A stretch of 64,000 bases of DNA, taken from Podarcis gaigeae (Eukaryota). This document shows positions 14,191-26,666 of this stretch, piece after piece. Below the pieces are notes generated by a model. The model saw nothing but the letters and a program-made list of their open reading frames with translations. It ran no database searches and had not been told where the DNA came from. Within the stretch, counting starts at the first letter, position 1. Each line of letters starts with the position of its first letter. The DNA is taken from the NCBI GenBank assembly GCA_964106915.2, contig OZ066919.1. One strand, given 5' to 3'. Position numbers and translations under genes: made by a program.

Positions 14191-14302
14191 CTAAGCAGCC
14201 CTGGTTTTCAAGACAACACACAGACTTTATTCCCCTCGAGAGAAGAAAATGAAACAAGGCAAACTAAACTTAATACAACAGCTAAAGTTCAAGATTACAA
14301 AG
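14191..14302 (+). CDS. ANGPTL3: ANGPTL3 exon 3 (112 bp, linker)
   Basis: LSSPGFQDNTQTLFPSREENETRQTKLNTTAKVQDYK(G); open frame, cag/gtaact, phase 0 to 1 joins exons 2 and 4; sequence poorly conserved, so the call rests on structure. Confidence 0.85.
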
Positions 14303-14954
14303 GTAACTGCCCCTGTGGAAGAAGGAAACAAGTAATCCTTGTGTACACTGTCATCTGTGAACACTGTTCTAGTATACATTTTTCTATGGGTATACATCTT
14401 TGAATGCCACACTGTTAAATTCTCTTTATTACTGTTGTTGGAAAATCAAGTGTGGCCTTCCACAACATGTTGCAGTGTATCCTCCCTCCGAAAAAGGAAA
14501 GCTCCTATGCAAGCTTCCAGTCATCCATTTCCTACAAGTAGGACATTCTACTCTTTCTCCTCCCCACTCAATTATTTTTTCAACTGTCGCTGTTCATTCT
14601 GTTGTTAACGAACATGCTCATTTGGCTGCTTTGATGGCATTTGTCCATTTAGGTTTGTTTTATTTTTAAAAGCTTATTTCTGCAAGCCACAAGTTTTCCC
14701 CCAGCATGCCAATACTTCCTTCTTGTTTCTCAGCAGCCATTTTGTTTACCATTTTGTCAGCACTCACCAACTGGATGTGATAATGTGACATATTAAAAAT
14801 AATAACAATCAAAGGAATGATTCACAGCATTCTTTAATACAATATCATCACCCAAGTCCCTGCCACAATACTGAGTGCATTTCAGTGTGCCTTAAACTCA
14901 CCCCGAACAACTTTAGTCATGCATTTGTAACTTTTAAAATCTTGTTGTTCTTAG

Positions 14955-15068
14955 GAAATGCTACTGATTGCATGTGGATATACAGCAGAGGTGAAAGATC
15001 TAGTGGCATTTATTCTATTAAGCCCAGAGGATCTGAGGCTTTTAATGTCTACTGTGAAATCAAAGCAG
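14955..15068 (+). CDS. ANGPTL3: ANGPTL3 exon 4 (114 bp, start of fibrinogen-like domain)
   Basis: GNATDCMWIYSRGERSSGIYSIKPRGSEAFNVYCEIKA; tag/gtaagt. Confidence 0.95.
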
Positions 15069-15617
15069 GTAAGTCCAGCTACACCAGGGACCATCTAATT
15101 CTCCTGCTAAAAATCATTATGGACTTCATTTTCTGCCCTGAATGATGTTAAGTGTTCCATTAGTGAAACATAGGAAGTTACCTTATATTGAGTCAGACTA
15201 TTGGCCCATCTAGCTCAGTATCAGTTTAACTATAGTTGGTCAATAGTTAACTAGGATTACCAAATAAAAAAATGGTGCAGTCAGTAGGATCAATTATTTA
15301 TGTTCCAACTGGGTCAGATGAGGATGCCACAACTAAACAATCATCACAACTAAACCTCTTCCAGCAGTGGACAAATGGCATGGACAACTTTCACACCCAT
15401 GCATGAAAATTCCCATGGGAGTAAATTCAATGAATACTTTAAAAATATTGTGTTTGCGCGCATGTGCACACCTTTTTTTCTATATTTAACTGCATTAAAA
15501 AGCATTCATGGGGGACACAATATGAACTGGGCCTATGTTTGCTGCAGTCCAAAACTGGGGGGGGGGGGCAATAAAGCAGGTAGTATTTATAGTTTATTTA
15601 TCTTTTTTCATACACAG

Positions 15618-15713
15618 AAAGTGCATGGACAGTTATTCAAAACAGATCTGATGGATCACTAGATTTCAACCAAACCTGGGAGAACTATATGAATGGATTC
15701 GGCAACCTGGATG
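15618..15713 (+). CDS. ANGPTL3: ANGPTL3 exon 5 (96 bp)
   Basis: ESAWTVIQNRSDGSLDFNQTWENYMNGFGNLD, a fibrinogen C-terminal domain motif; cag/gtaaat. Confidence 0.95.
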
Positions 15714-18661
15714 GTAAATACATTCTCTTACATTTCCCTAAATAAGTATTTTTATGTGCTAAAATAGTAGTTGACTGTTTATGCAAACATCAACACATTA
15801 AAGTAAGTGAAAAATACCTATTGGGAGAATAAGGGATGATTCACATTTGCTATTTTGGGCGTGTTTTAAACAGGTTAGCTTTCTTCACCCCCATTGTTTT
15901 GGTATGAATTGGTGCACAGTGAAGGAGAAGGAGGTACTTTTTAGGTGTCTAAAATACTGTATTAAAGTACTAAAGATCTGTAAACACAGCAATGCAGACA
16001 AAAAGATATTTCTATATCTCAATGTTTTTTGCGGAAAATATTGGACCAAATGAGGCCAGAAAATACTCAAGAACCCTTACAGCATATTAGAATTAAACTT
16101 CATATTATACAGTAAAAAAGTTGCCATGTAGTGACTGATACAACAGGCAGTTTTCATGCATATCACACAATGAATAGCACTGGGTCAACATAAAGCTCAA
16201 TGGGTTTCCGCTGAAACAAAATCCTGGTTTCTAAACTTAACCAGCCAATCATCCCATCAGAGGACCAGGCAGAAAGAAACCACCCTTATTTGCACTGGTT
16301 AATCATCCACTTGGGACACCAAGGTGCAGGCTAACAGACACATCATCCAGCACACTTTGCTAAAGGTATGTTCCAAGCTGCTTCTACAGAGGTGCTAAAG
16401 GAGGGCAAGAATTGAAGTGGCAACCCTGTTTGGCCACCAGGACAGAGAGCAACATATATTAGCAATTATCCTGAAATCACATAGTGAAGTCCTGAAATAT
16501 TTTGGACCATAAGTAGTTTAATTGGCTTCATTATCATTACTTGCAAAACCATAATTTCAAGACTGCAAAGTCAATTTTATACACCTGGAGCCTAATCTGG
16601 TGCACTAGTGGAAGCCAGTGAAAGAACTCATGGTGCAATGGGCCTCCTCCTCCTCAATCTCCTGGGGGGGGACAGGAGAAGTCCCAGAACAGTGTGCAAG
16701 CAGAGGAGAGGGGAGATTCTGCCTGGAATGCAGATACGTTTGCGCTTACAGAACAGTTGTAATAGCATGGTCTTCAATTCCACCCCTAGCATCTAGAGAT
16801 GTCTCAAAACATCTATTCTTCTATTACTTACATGAAGTTGAATAATACAGAGTCAAATCACTGGCCCATCCAGCAATGGCTCTCCAAGGTCTCAGGCAAA
16901 GATCCATTTCCTACTATTGCCATCCAAGATCCTTGTAACTAAAAACTCCTGAGGATTGAACTCAGGATGTTAGAGATGTGAAGGAAATGCTGTTATCAGT
17001 AAATTATGGGGTTTTCTAGCTGTTATTTGCTATGTTGAGCAGACATGTCTAACATCAAAGACTCTCTTCTTAAACCAGAGTGCTATTGGATTCCGACCAA
17101 ATGCTACTGGATTCCAACTCCCATCAGTCCCACACATCATCCAGCAACATCTGGAGGATCAGGGGTTTCCCATCCCTGCCCTAAAATTCATTACATAGAA
17201 AATATTTCCACAAAATGTGGCCCACCATGAGTTTGATGGTTTGCAGTTCACTTGAACTCATGGACAGTTTGTTCCAAAGAGAGGTAGGGGAAATCCAAAT
17301 AAATTTAGCATGTGCGACACTGCAAAAATGTCTGAACGATCACAAGGTCTTCTTAAGGAAAAACTGCACATGTAGATTAGCTCAAAAAGTTGTTAAGTGC
17401 CATCTCCCCATTTCCTCCCAGCTGGGACCTGTGTTATATAATTTGCATTGAAGACACAAACAATCTCTGTGCAATTTCATTTCCTCCTAATAGCTACAAA
17501 TTGTTTTGGCATTCCCATAGCTTGTTATGGGAATTTTCAGTCCTTCTTATATTAATTGGAAACTATGGTAGCTCCATTTATGACATGAGATTGGATTGTC
17601 TATGGTGTATGAAAGTCCCCACAACAATATTGTTCTCAATATGATATTTTGCATTATTTTTTTTTACAATAATGGTCTTCATTAAAAAATACTGCCCCGT
17701 ACATAAAGTTCAAGCACCTGGTTCACATGACACAGGAAGCCAAGCTGTGGTTCAAGAGTGAATCTTCCTTTTAAAAAAAAGTGTTCATAAGGTGAAGTTT
17801 TCAAAACTTTTGAAATCAGAGCTTTAAGAAACGCTGACTTGGGGAGAAAGTTGATAATACTTTCCCACAGCAGCAAAATCAAAGTTGAAACTGAAATTTC
17901 ATCATTACATCATTACATTGTATAAAGTTTGCCTGGTGGTGAAATCTGAAACATAAATAGCTGGGATCTAGAGGCAGACCTGACAACATGTTTGTTTTAA
18001 AAAGGTACATTTTATCTTTTCCGCTATTTCTTGCTCAAATGTCCTCTCATTTACCTTTGCCAACTTGGAATGACTCCATTGGCCCAACTTTAGTGAAAAA
18101 ATGCCTTAATGTAGTTATTCCGGAAAAAAGGTAGAAGAAAATACAACTATTTTTAAAAAGTAGAATCCAATGTGCACTTACTTCTAAGAAAACATGCTTA
18201 GTTTTGCACTCCATGTAATTCACTTAGAATGTTCAATTTAAATGTGCTGTGGTAAATGACACTACCTAAATGCCTATTAAGAGTGCATTCCTTTCTCATG
18301 GCTGACACTCCATTTCCACTGCAATTAAATTTTATATATGCCACTCGCCTCACTTATCAGAGAGATTCATTCCCACACTTTTGTTAAGTATGCCTTGCAT
18401 TATCCCTGGCCGACTCTGGCAAGCTGCAAAGTTCCATTCCGTTCATATTTAGTTTTAGTTTCCTGTTTTAATTGATCATTAGTGCATAATCTAAAAGTTG
18501 TAAACAAAAAAGAGATATCTCCAAGAGAGATTATCGGAAAAGTTCAAGGGTTCCCAAGACTCAGGTTGTCTGCTTAATTAACTGAATTAGTAACTCTAAC
18601 TTGCTTATGTCTTGCCATCAGCCTACCCTAATAGTTCGGTCTGTGCAACTTGTATTTTCAG

Positions 18662-18934
18662 GAGAATTTTGGCTGGGCCTACAAAAGATCTATTCCATTG
18701 TAAACCAAGGAGACCACATCCTGCGTATTGAGCTGGAAGACTCAAGAGCTAACCAACGTTATATTGAATACACATTCACAATGGGAGGTTCAGAAACAGA
18801 CTACACTGCTCTTCTCTCCAGGATTACTGGGAATATCCCTAATGTTCTGCCTGAACAGAAAGAAGTGAAGTTCTCTACAAAAGATCACAACAGCAACACT
18901 GAAAGAAAAGTCAACTGTCCAGAAAACAATTCAG
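18662..18934 (+). CDS. ANGPTL3: ANGPTL3 exon 6 (273 bp)
   Basis: GEFWLGLQKIYSIVNQGDHILRIELED...KFSTKDHNSNTERKVNCPENNS; cag/gtagtc. Confidence 0.95.
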
Positions 18935-19018
18935 GTAGTCTTTTTTGTACAAGCTGCTGCTTTAGTTTTTCTCATAAACGGGGGGGGGGGGGAGAGAAAT
19001 ACATTGTGGAAGATATAG

Positions 19019-19425
19019 TGTGATGGGATAATGAGCTGCTTGTGCGTAAAGCTTGATCCCTCCAGGTTTTGGCTGGTCAGCCAACCTGAGTCTCTAACGG
19101 AGCCCCCAAAGCATGACTCCGTCAGTCGCTGGTAGAATCCGACAGTGGGCGTCTACGGAACTTACTCCAACATAAAAGCTGTTTGACGGACATGCACCTC
19201 CTGGACTCTCTGCGTGACAGCTTCCGGCGAGGGGTGGGGGTTCCTAAAGGGGGTCTTGTTACCTCCTCACTGTTCTCACTGGAAGTATCCCAGAGCCTCC
19301 CCTCCGACTCCCTTTCCCTTTGAGCTCCTGCTCTCCCCCTACTGGTTCCCTCTTCTGCTGCAGAGTCTCTCCTATTCTCCTGGAGCCTTTCTACCACCTG
19401 TTCTTCCGATGGCAGTTCCCTGACA
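19019..19425 (-). mobile_element. Solo LTR, 407 bp (probably Ty3/Gypsy-type), with internal open frame
   Basis: TG...CA termini, perfect 5-bp TSD TATAG (19014-19018, 19426-19430); begins TGTCAGGGAACTGCCATC, identical to the 26197 element; strand assigned from the ORF. Confidence 0.85.
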
Positions 19426-19755
19426 TATAGCTGAAACTTTGTCTACAAAACTTATATATTCCCTGTTCTGAAAAATGAAGCATTAGGAACCAGAACCAAA
19501 TTCTGAAGAACAACTGGGTATGTTGGGTGAGGGACTGCACATCTGATTGATCAATCATGTTTAGAAACAAACTTATCTGCACTCAGAAAGCTAGCATGTC
19601 ATAGACACTATAACTTTTTTGCTCCAATATGGTATTTTATAAATGTCTATTTAATATGGAGGAGTATCCAGTTGTGTAATTTTCCACATGCATTCTGTAC
19701 TATCTTGGAAGGCTACATCTCATCAATCTCTGAACATGTGAATCACCCTCTAGAG

Positions 19756-19885
19756 CAAGGATGGATAAGCTGTGGCCCTCCAGATGTTGGTGTAACTCCC
19801 ATCCTCTCTAATGGCCATGCTGGCTTGGGATGCTGGGTGTTGGAGACCAACAACATCTGCAGTGGCACAGGTTGCCCCATCCTTG
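19756..19885. mobile_element. Fold-back hAT-type MITE
   Basis: CAAGGATGG/CCATCCTTG TIRs with perfect 8-bp TSD CTCTAGAG. Confidence 0.85.
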
Positions 19886-20404
19886 CTCTAGAGTTTCTCT
19901 CCCATATATTTCTAGTCCCTAACTGAACATCAGGCAGAATTTTAGGAAACAGAAATAGAACTAAAAAGTGAAGTGATCTGGCAAAGATCTAAAAAGAGAG
20001 CGCGTAGCACACAGGAATAACAAACTAGTGACATGATTTCCTGTAGAGCACCTCTAAGTAAATCCCCAAGAAGTGCTGGTATTCTATGCACTTTTTCCAT
20101 AAACCGGGCAAAAATGTTATTCTGAAATACCCTTTTCTGCCCCCTCCAATGTGGAAAATTCAAATTTGCAGCATGAATCAGTAAGTTATTTTAATTCATT
20201 TGCAGTTCAATCCTATTTATTTTACTTCCTCTAATAAATGTAGATAACTATGAAACTGTATAAAGTTCACTTCTGAGTGTCAGTTTTACAGAGAATATAA
20301 GTGTTTGAGATAGATAGGAGTGCTGTGGGGGTTTTTAAATCTGACACTGGGTAATTAAGTTAAAATAGAATGACTTCTTTTTTAAAAAAGGGAGGTGGGG
20401 GCAG

Positions 20405-20538
20405 GGGCCATTGTATGCAGAAGATACCAGGTTCAATCCCTGGCATCTCCAGGTAGAGCTGAGAATATCTCCTACTGAAACACTGGAGAGGCAATGCCAA
20501 TGTAGACAACTCAGCATAGGGCAGCTTCCTATGTTCCT
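20405..20538 (+). mobile_element. tRNA-derived SINE (cttcctatgttcct-tailed family)
   Basis: ccaggttcaatccctggcatctccagg (B box)...ggcagcttcctatgttcct. Confidence 0.7.
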
Positions 20539-20862
20539 AGAGAGAGGGGTGGTGGACATTGAGGATTTGTGACCCAATCTGGAGGATGGTACGACAAGCT
20601 TCATAGAGGTACAGTTCTTCCAAGTTCCCTTCCTCCCGATAAGCAACTCCTAATACCAGGCAGCTAGCTACTGTTGATGCTACCAAGGATTTTGAGAAGT
20701 GACATCAAACACGGCATGAGAAGAAATGTGAGAAATCCTCCTCCACACATGGAAGCCCCTTCTGGTGCCTAAAGGGGGTCTATGAACCACACCCTTAGTC
20801 CATATGATTGTACTACAGTGTTGTTGCTATAAATTAAATGGTGCTTATAATTTCATCTTCAG

Positions 20863-21047
20863 GTGGCTGGTGGCATACGGCATGTGAAGAAACAAACTTG
20901 AATGGAAAATATATCAAATCAAATTCAAGAGGAAAACTGGAAAGGAAAAAGAGAGTGCTCTATTGGAAGCCTCAGAAAGGAAGGCCCTATTTTATCAAAT
21001 CAACCAAACTGATGATACATTCTACAGATTTTGAAAATTTTGACTGA
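20863..21047 (+). CDS. ANGPTL3: ANGPTL3 exon 7 CDS (to stop)
   Basis: GGWWHTACEETNLNGKYIKS...YWKPQKGRPYFIKSTKLMIHSTDFENFD*; the seven exons sum to 1380 nt = 459 aa + stop. Confidence 0.95.
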
Positions 21048-21070
21048 GCATCACCATTTGGAGGCTACCT

Positions 21071-21076
21071 AATAAA
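21071..21076 (+). terminator. Candidate ANGPTL3 polyadenylation signal AATAAA
   Basis: First AATAAA, about 24 nt after the stop; further AATAAA near 21765 and 21948 are alternatives. Confidence 0.45.
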
Positions 21077-23234
21077 GCACATTATACCTTTGTCAGAGCC
21101 AAGTGAAGGCACTTTTCAGTACTCAGGCGAAAGAATTCCATTGTACCTTAATGCTATATTTTGTTTCTGTGGCCACCATATACAAAAACACAGTATGGTC
21201 AAACGATGGGCTGAGTAATGGAAACGGACAAATGCAGCCAGTTTTTTAGGATTGTTGCTGGTTCTAGAAACCCACGGCTAGCAAGCTTTCCTTAGCTTTC
21301 CTAAGGATAGCTATATCTGAAGACGTTTACCATACCAATGGGAAGGAAGAAGGGAAGGGAAAAGCTTGCCCCAGGTAGGGCTTGAGCTTCTCTACCTTTG
21401 CTCCTTTCTCTCAGCAGCAGAACTTGTACTACAAGGGAGTCAGGAGAAGCCAACATTGCAGGGAAGAAGCATGGCAAGGAGAAATCTTGGGGCAGAAAGG
21501 AAATATGATGCACAGGACAGCAGCTCACCAGCCCACCTGGTTTTCGTAGCCTGGCCCAGCCTGTATCACCATAGAAGAGAATTCAGCCACTTCATTTTGA
21601 TGGCAGAAAAGAAGCTACTGCTTTCAGGAAACATTTAGGGGATCATAACCTACTACCATGGATCTCAATGTCACCATAGGCATGGGGGAAGGCTTTGCAC
21701 TTTAGAGGAAAATGTCACTGTTCTCTGTTCAAATCAACAGCTTTCATGGATCTCTATGGAATGAAATAAACAGGGTGCAATGCAGTTCACAGCTTAGGGG
21801 GAGCAAGGCCTGTGTCTTTGAATGAAGGCTGAAGTCGTTTGTATGAGCGAGAACAGACATGCTTTTTACTACACAACACCTGTGACCTACTATAGCTGAT
21901 ACACACCTCTACCTATATAAGAGATTCCACTGAACTGGATGGCACAAAATAAATCTGCTCCATTCTGTGGAGTGTAAAATTTGATTCCTGCCTAGTAGCT
22001 GCTTCTACCCTAGTGACATAGAAAAGTGCACCCCCTTAGCTTCTTCTCTATAGAATAATGTCTGCCATTCACCCCTCCAGAATTTAGGACACCACTGTGG
22101 TGACTGTAGCCTCCCACAATTCCTTGCACTAGCCTCTGCTGAGAGAAGGGAAAGGAAATGACACCACTTGCACATCAAGCTAAGCCATGTGGACAAGAAT
22201 AAATGAGCTCAAGCGAAGTATTAGGGTTGTGTTCTCCCCTTTCCTCCTACCATGTAGTTGGGAGGACTTCTGTCAAGTTTGGTTTCTCTTTTACATGTTA
22301 CACTTAATGCATGGCATGTAGCTGTGTCTGTTTCTTCTTCTTCTTTTGAAATCTAGTATTTAACCCTTTGAATTTCATTGCTGAAGACACAGTAAAGTAT
22401 CTCTCACAGCTGCTGTGGAGTACCTTAAATGAAGTGTCATATTGCAAATTCATATTAGATCTGCTGCAGGCCTCAAAGCTTTGAAAATCTTTACGCTGAT
22501 CCTCTGCTTGGCTCAAAGACATTTGCTGAATAAACAAATCTGATATCATTTACATTAGCAAACTCATGACCCATTTCTAATAATAAGGAATTTTTCACTT
22601 TTTAGTAATATAATGTAAATAAGGATCCAGATCCATCACTTTTAGAAATAGATTTCCCTCTTCAGTGGCCCGCCACCTCTCCAAGAAAAAGCAAAGTATC
22701 TTTCATCCCAGTTATATAACAAGGCCCTCTGTAAAGATTACATGACTATTATACATATATTATTTGGTAGCACTGTGTCCTTGGGAAGACTTTTACCTGC
22801 CTTGATTTATTGCACACTCCCTGATGGTTGGCTGACCACAATTATTATCCCTCTGCCCTAATCCCTAAAAATATACTTAGTTGAAAAGAGACATGGAATT
22901 GCCTTCCAAATTCTCTTCCTGATTTGGCATTGAAGTTAATTAAATTTCTCCTTGAGAAACAAGAAATTTGGCCTGTTCCCAGAAGAACAGTCAGGTTTTA
23001 GAGAAAGCTGTTTCTGCGATAAAAGAATTTTCAGTTATTCATACGTGATGGCTAAATACAGTTTTCAGAAATATAACTCTTTCCAGCCTTCATCTATTAA
23101 AAAAAATTAAGACTCTCCACATAAAACCAAATTTGGGAGAAATCACTTTTCAGCTCAGTTAAGCTGTTGAGGGTTGTTGCTTGCTTGTTTTTTGGCCTAG
23201 AGTATTGTGCTGCAGTAAAACAGATTTGGAGAAC

Positions 23235-23448
23235 CTCTTCGATTCCAACTTCCAGTATTGTTAGACTCCCAATTTCCATTGGGCCAGTCAGCATGACCAA
23301 CAGTCAGGAATAATGTTATGTATTTATATTGGTTCTTATATTGTAAACCACCCTGTGATCTTTGGATGAAGGGTGGTATAGAATTATTTATTTTTATTAT
23401 TAATGGAAGCTGAAATTCAACCACATCTAGAGGGCTTCCCCATCCCTG
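23235..23448. mobile_element. Fold-back hAT-type MITE interrupted by a LINE 3' tail
   Basis: MITE halves separated by gtaaaccaccctgtgatc..gaagggtggtataga and an AT-rich tail, flanked by TAATG repeats; boundaries approximate. Confidence 0.5.
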
Positions 23449-25033
23449 CTGTAAATTATGCAGCAAAGCTTTTGGAAGCACGTCAGCTCTGGAGTGGCTT
23501 AATAACCTTGGTTACAAAAGGACATCATCCCAATGTAATGAGACAATTTAGATTGTGTAACTTCACAGTGCCTAACAAACTGAAGTTCAGTCTTGATTTT
23601 TATAGCATCAATAACCAAAATGGATGATGGCATGCCATGAAACCATGTGCTTTACCCTGCTCTTATGATATACCTCCATCCAGGTATTCTTGCAAATGGC
23701 ATCAGACCAGACAAGACCATGGAGACATCTCCTATGTGCAAGTGACTAAATGTACAAGTGGTTAAATGTGAATCAGGCCTCAGTTTTCTTATTACAAGCA
23801 GTTCCCCAAATGAAAAAAGTTGCTTCAGACTACCCTAGCACTAGATTAGCTAAAGAGAAGACAGAAGGACTTCCAAGATAGGAGTCAGATAATTGCGGAG
23901 TGTATCGATTCTGAAAGTTCGGTGGGGAGCAACTGTGAAAGGAAAGAAGCGCTATCCAAGATGGAATCAGATACTTGTCTAGAGAGCTAATATATTGGGA
24001 AGGAAATGTCCATATTACACAGCATTATAGATACTACTTGAAGGAAAGAGTTTGATGTCCATATTTTCATATAAACTATCAAGTGGAATGCAGTAGTCTT
24101 ATGCCAAACAATCCAACATTTATTCCACCACTGCAAGGGCGGACACCTGAAAGGGACTCTCAGGATCTATTTATGGACTCTTCTATAATGCAATCCTATG
24201 CACATATATATGGCTGCTAAGGTATGTATTCAATGCAGCATTAAGTAACCTCCAATGAGTGTAAGTAATTCCACTTGTGTAATGGGACTGTCCTCCCCTT
24301 TCTTTCCCCCCCTGCATGGCCCCTCAAACTGTTTTGGGGCTTTCTCCAACCTTCTGGGGCAGATTTAGGGAGAGTGGTGGCGGCACACATGGGGGGAGAA
24401 GGAGAGACAAGTGTAAATCCTTATGCTGATGAGACAATTACTTAGCTGTGCACTAGGTACAAACCTGTGTCCTTATAGATTCAACAGGGCTTATTTCCAG
24501 ATAAAAGCATAAGATTGTAGCCACCATCAGATAAATTAGGAATCTGGATGAATTGCTAAAATATAAAATACTAAACAGCAATTATGAGAACATGACAGAT
24601 AAAATTTAGAATTAAACAAAGCAAAGATGAATACAACACTAGGAGAACATTCCTAGCAATAGGAATTGAAAGACTTAGGGCATCTACATTTATTTCATTT
24701 TTTACCAGATTGTATGAACAACAGGATAACAACCAACTAGTATATCTCATGTAATCCTCTGAATATGCACTAAACTAAGAAATGGTGACTCTAATCAGCT
24801 TCCAGAAATATGAAAACAAAATCCAGAGGATACAGGCTATTGTGGATTTACTAAATGAGAAATTAAAAAGCTTCCCCTGAAGACTCTTTGTTCTCTGAGC
24901 AATTACCTGGTTACTGAAAGTGTGATTATCCTGAACAGACTCATCAATCTCTGTGTGATCTGCCTCAATCACTACATCTGGATGAGAGTACCATGCAGTG
25001 TGTGAACTAATTAAAATCTAAATTCCACTCTTA

Positions 25034-25210
<177 letters not shown>

Positions 25211-26196
25211 TTAGCAGTATAACCAATCTGGTAAGCAACCATTTGCCCGGCTGCCAATGATGAGTAACAATCATCACCAGGTGGTGAATCAGGAAAACTT
25301 TACAAAATATGGTCGTTTTTTCCTTTTAGCCACCAAGTTCTAATGTTGCTTTGCATAGGTAGGCAGGCATCATGATAAAGTGACAGTGTTGGGATAATAT
25401 AGTGTTATCGTTTGTGTGTGTGTAGTCTTAACATAACAATGTTGCTGCTTAATCACTTTAAAAATATGCAACTTCTAGTTACAAAGTAGAGCTACTGCTT
25501 TGGAAAACAAGAAAATAATGTTAACACTCTTCTTTCTTTTTATTTATTTTAAAAGCGTGCCTTTAAATATTTTCTTGTTCTGCATTAAAAAAGTAAGTTT
25601 CGCTCTTTCTGAAAGACCACTTGCTCGTGTATGTTTTAACAGGAAAACAGGTAGCTGCCTTATGACGAGTCTGATCACCGGTCCATTAGCAGCCTGTCTG
25701 ATCACTGGTCTATCTAGCAGCCTGCCACAGCCAGGTGCTAAGTCAGGAAGATGAGCAGAAATAACTTTCCAAGATCAACACCCAGCCTTGTGTCAAAAGG
25801 TTAGTAAGATCTGATCAGTTTGGGGACTTTACTTGTAATACCTATTTGAGTTTAATAGTCAAAAGGCAAGAAAGTAAATATTCACACAATTCTTTTCCAA
25901 AAGAAGGAATTTGGCATGATAGCAAACAATATACTGGAAGGTTAGGATTGTCAATCCCCAGAAGGGGTTTTACTTGCTTAAGGCACTGTTGGAAAAATAA
26001 CTGCTGCTATCAAGAATGACTCATAAGGCCTCTCAGACTTTGTTCCTCCTGGGGGCCGAAATCTGAGTCGTTCAGATAAAAAAACAAACAAAAAAACAAG
26101 GGAGCCAGCCACATAAACAACAGTTTCAGAGGAATAGTGGGGGAAAACGAGATTAATTTGTAATATTACTTTTCTAGTTCAGCACTGATTAGCTAT

Positions 26197-26666
26197 TGTC
26201 AGGGAACTGCCATCAGTTCAGGAGGGAGAGAGCAAAAGCCAAATGGATTATAGAGAGCCTCCAGGGATCGGCCTCCAGGGATCGTGGGAAGTAGCTCCTC
26301 TTCAACGGAGGAGAGTAAACATGCCTCCAGTGGAGAGGAGGTGCAGGAGTCGGAAGTGGCAAGGCAGTCCCAGGACTCCTTGCCTGGGAGAAGCAGGGAG
26401 GAAAGGAGTCCTCCGCTGCCCACACCCTCTTTGCGCAGAAAGCATTCGCGCAGAGAGGGGAGGTGCAGACTGGGCGTCAAGAAGCTGCTTTGCTGGGGAA
26501 TGTTTAGGAACCGCGCACTTACGGATTCTGCCAGCAATTGAGTTAGCCACGGGAGAGTGGCACTCCGAACAGATAAAGTTTATTTTGGCAGCAAAGCCAT
26601 GGATTCACAGCCAAGTAGGGAGATATTTGCCTGCTTGCTCTTGAGCAACCCCTTGGAAACATAACA
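26197..26666 (+). mobile_element. Solo LTR, 470 bp (probably Ty3/Gypsy-type), with internal frame
   Basis: TG...CA termini, perfect 5-bp TSD GCTAT (26192-26196, 26667-26671); shares its first 18 nt with the 19019-19425 element. Confidence 0.85.

Noticed and set aside
25256-25300. ATGATGA box C-like motif in DOCK7 intron 13 (possible snoRNA)
   Set aside because: It is on the strand opposite to DOCK7, with no convincing box D or terminal stem.
26199-26537. 112-aa antisense ORF in the second LTR (and 19214-19423 in the first)
   Set aside because: Best read as a shadow of the conserved frame; the synonymous-change pattern and shared stop position favour the other strand.
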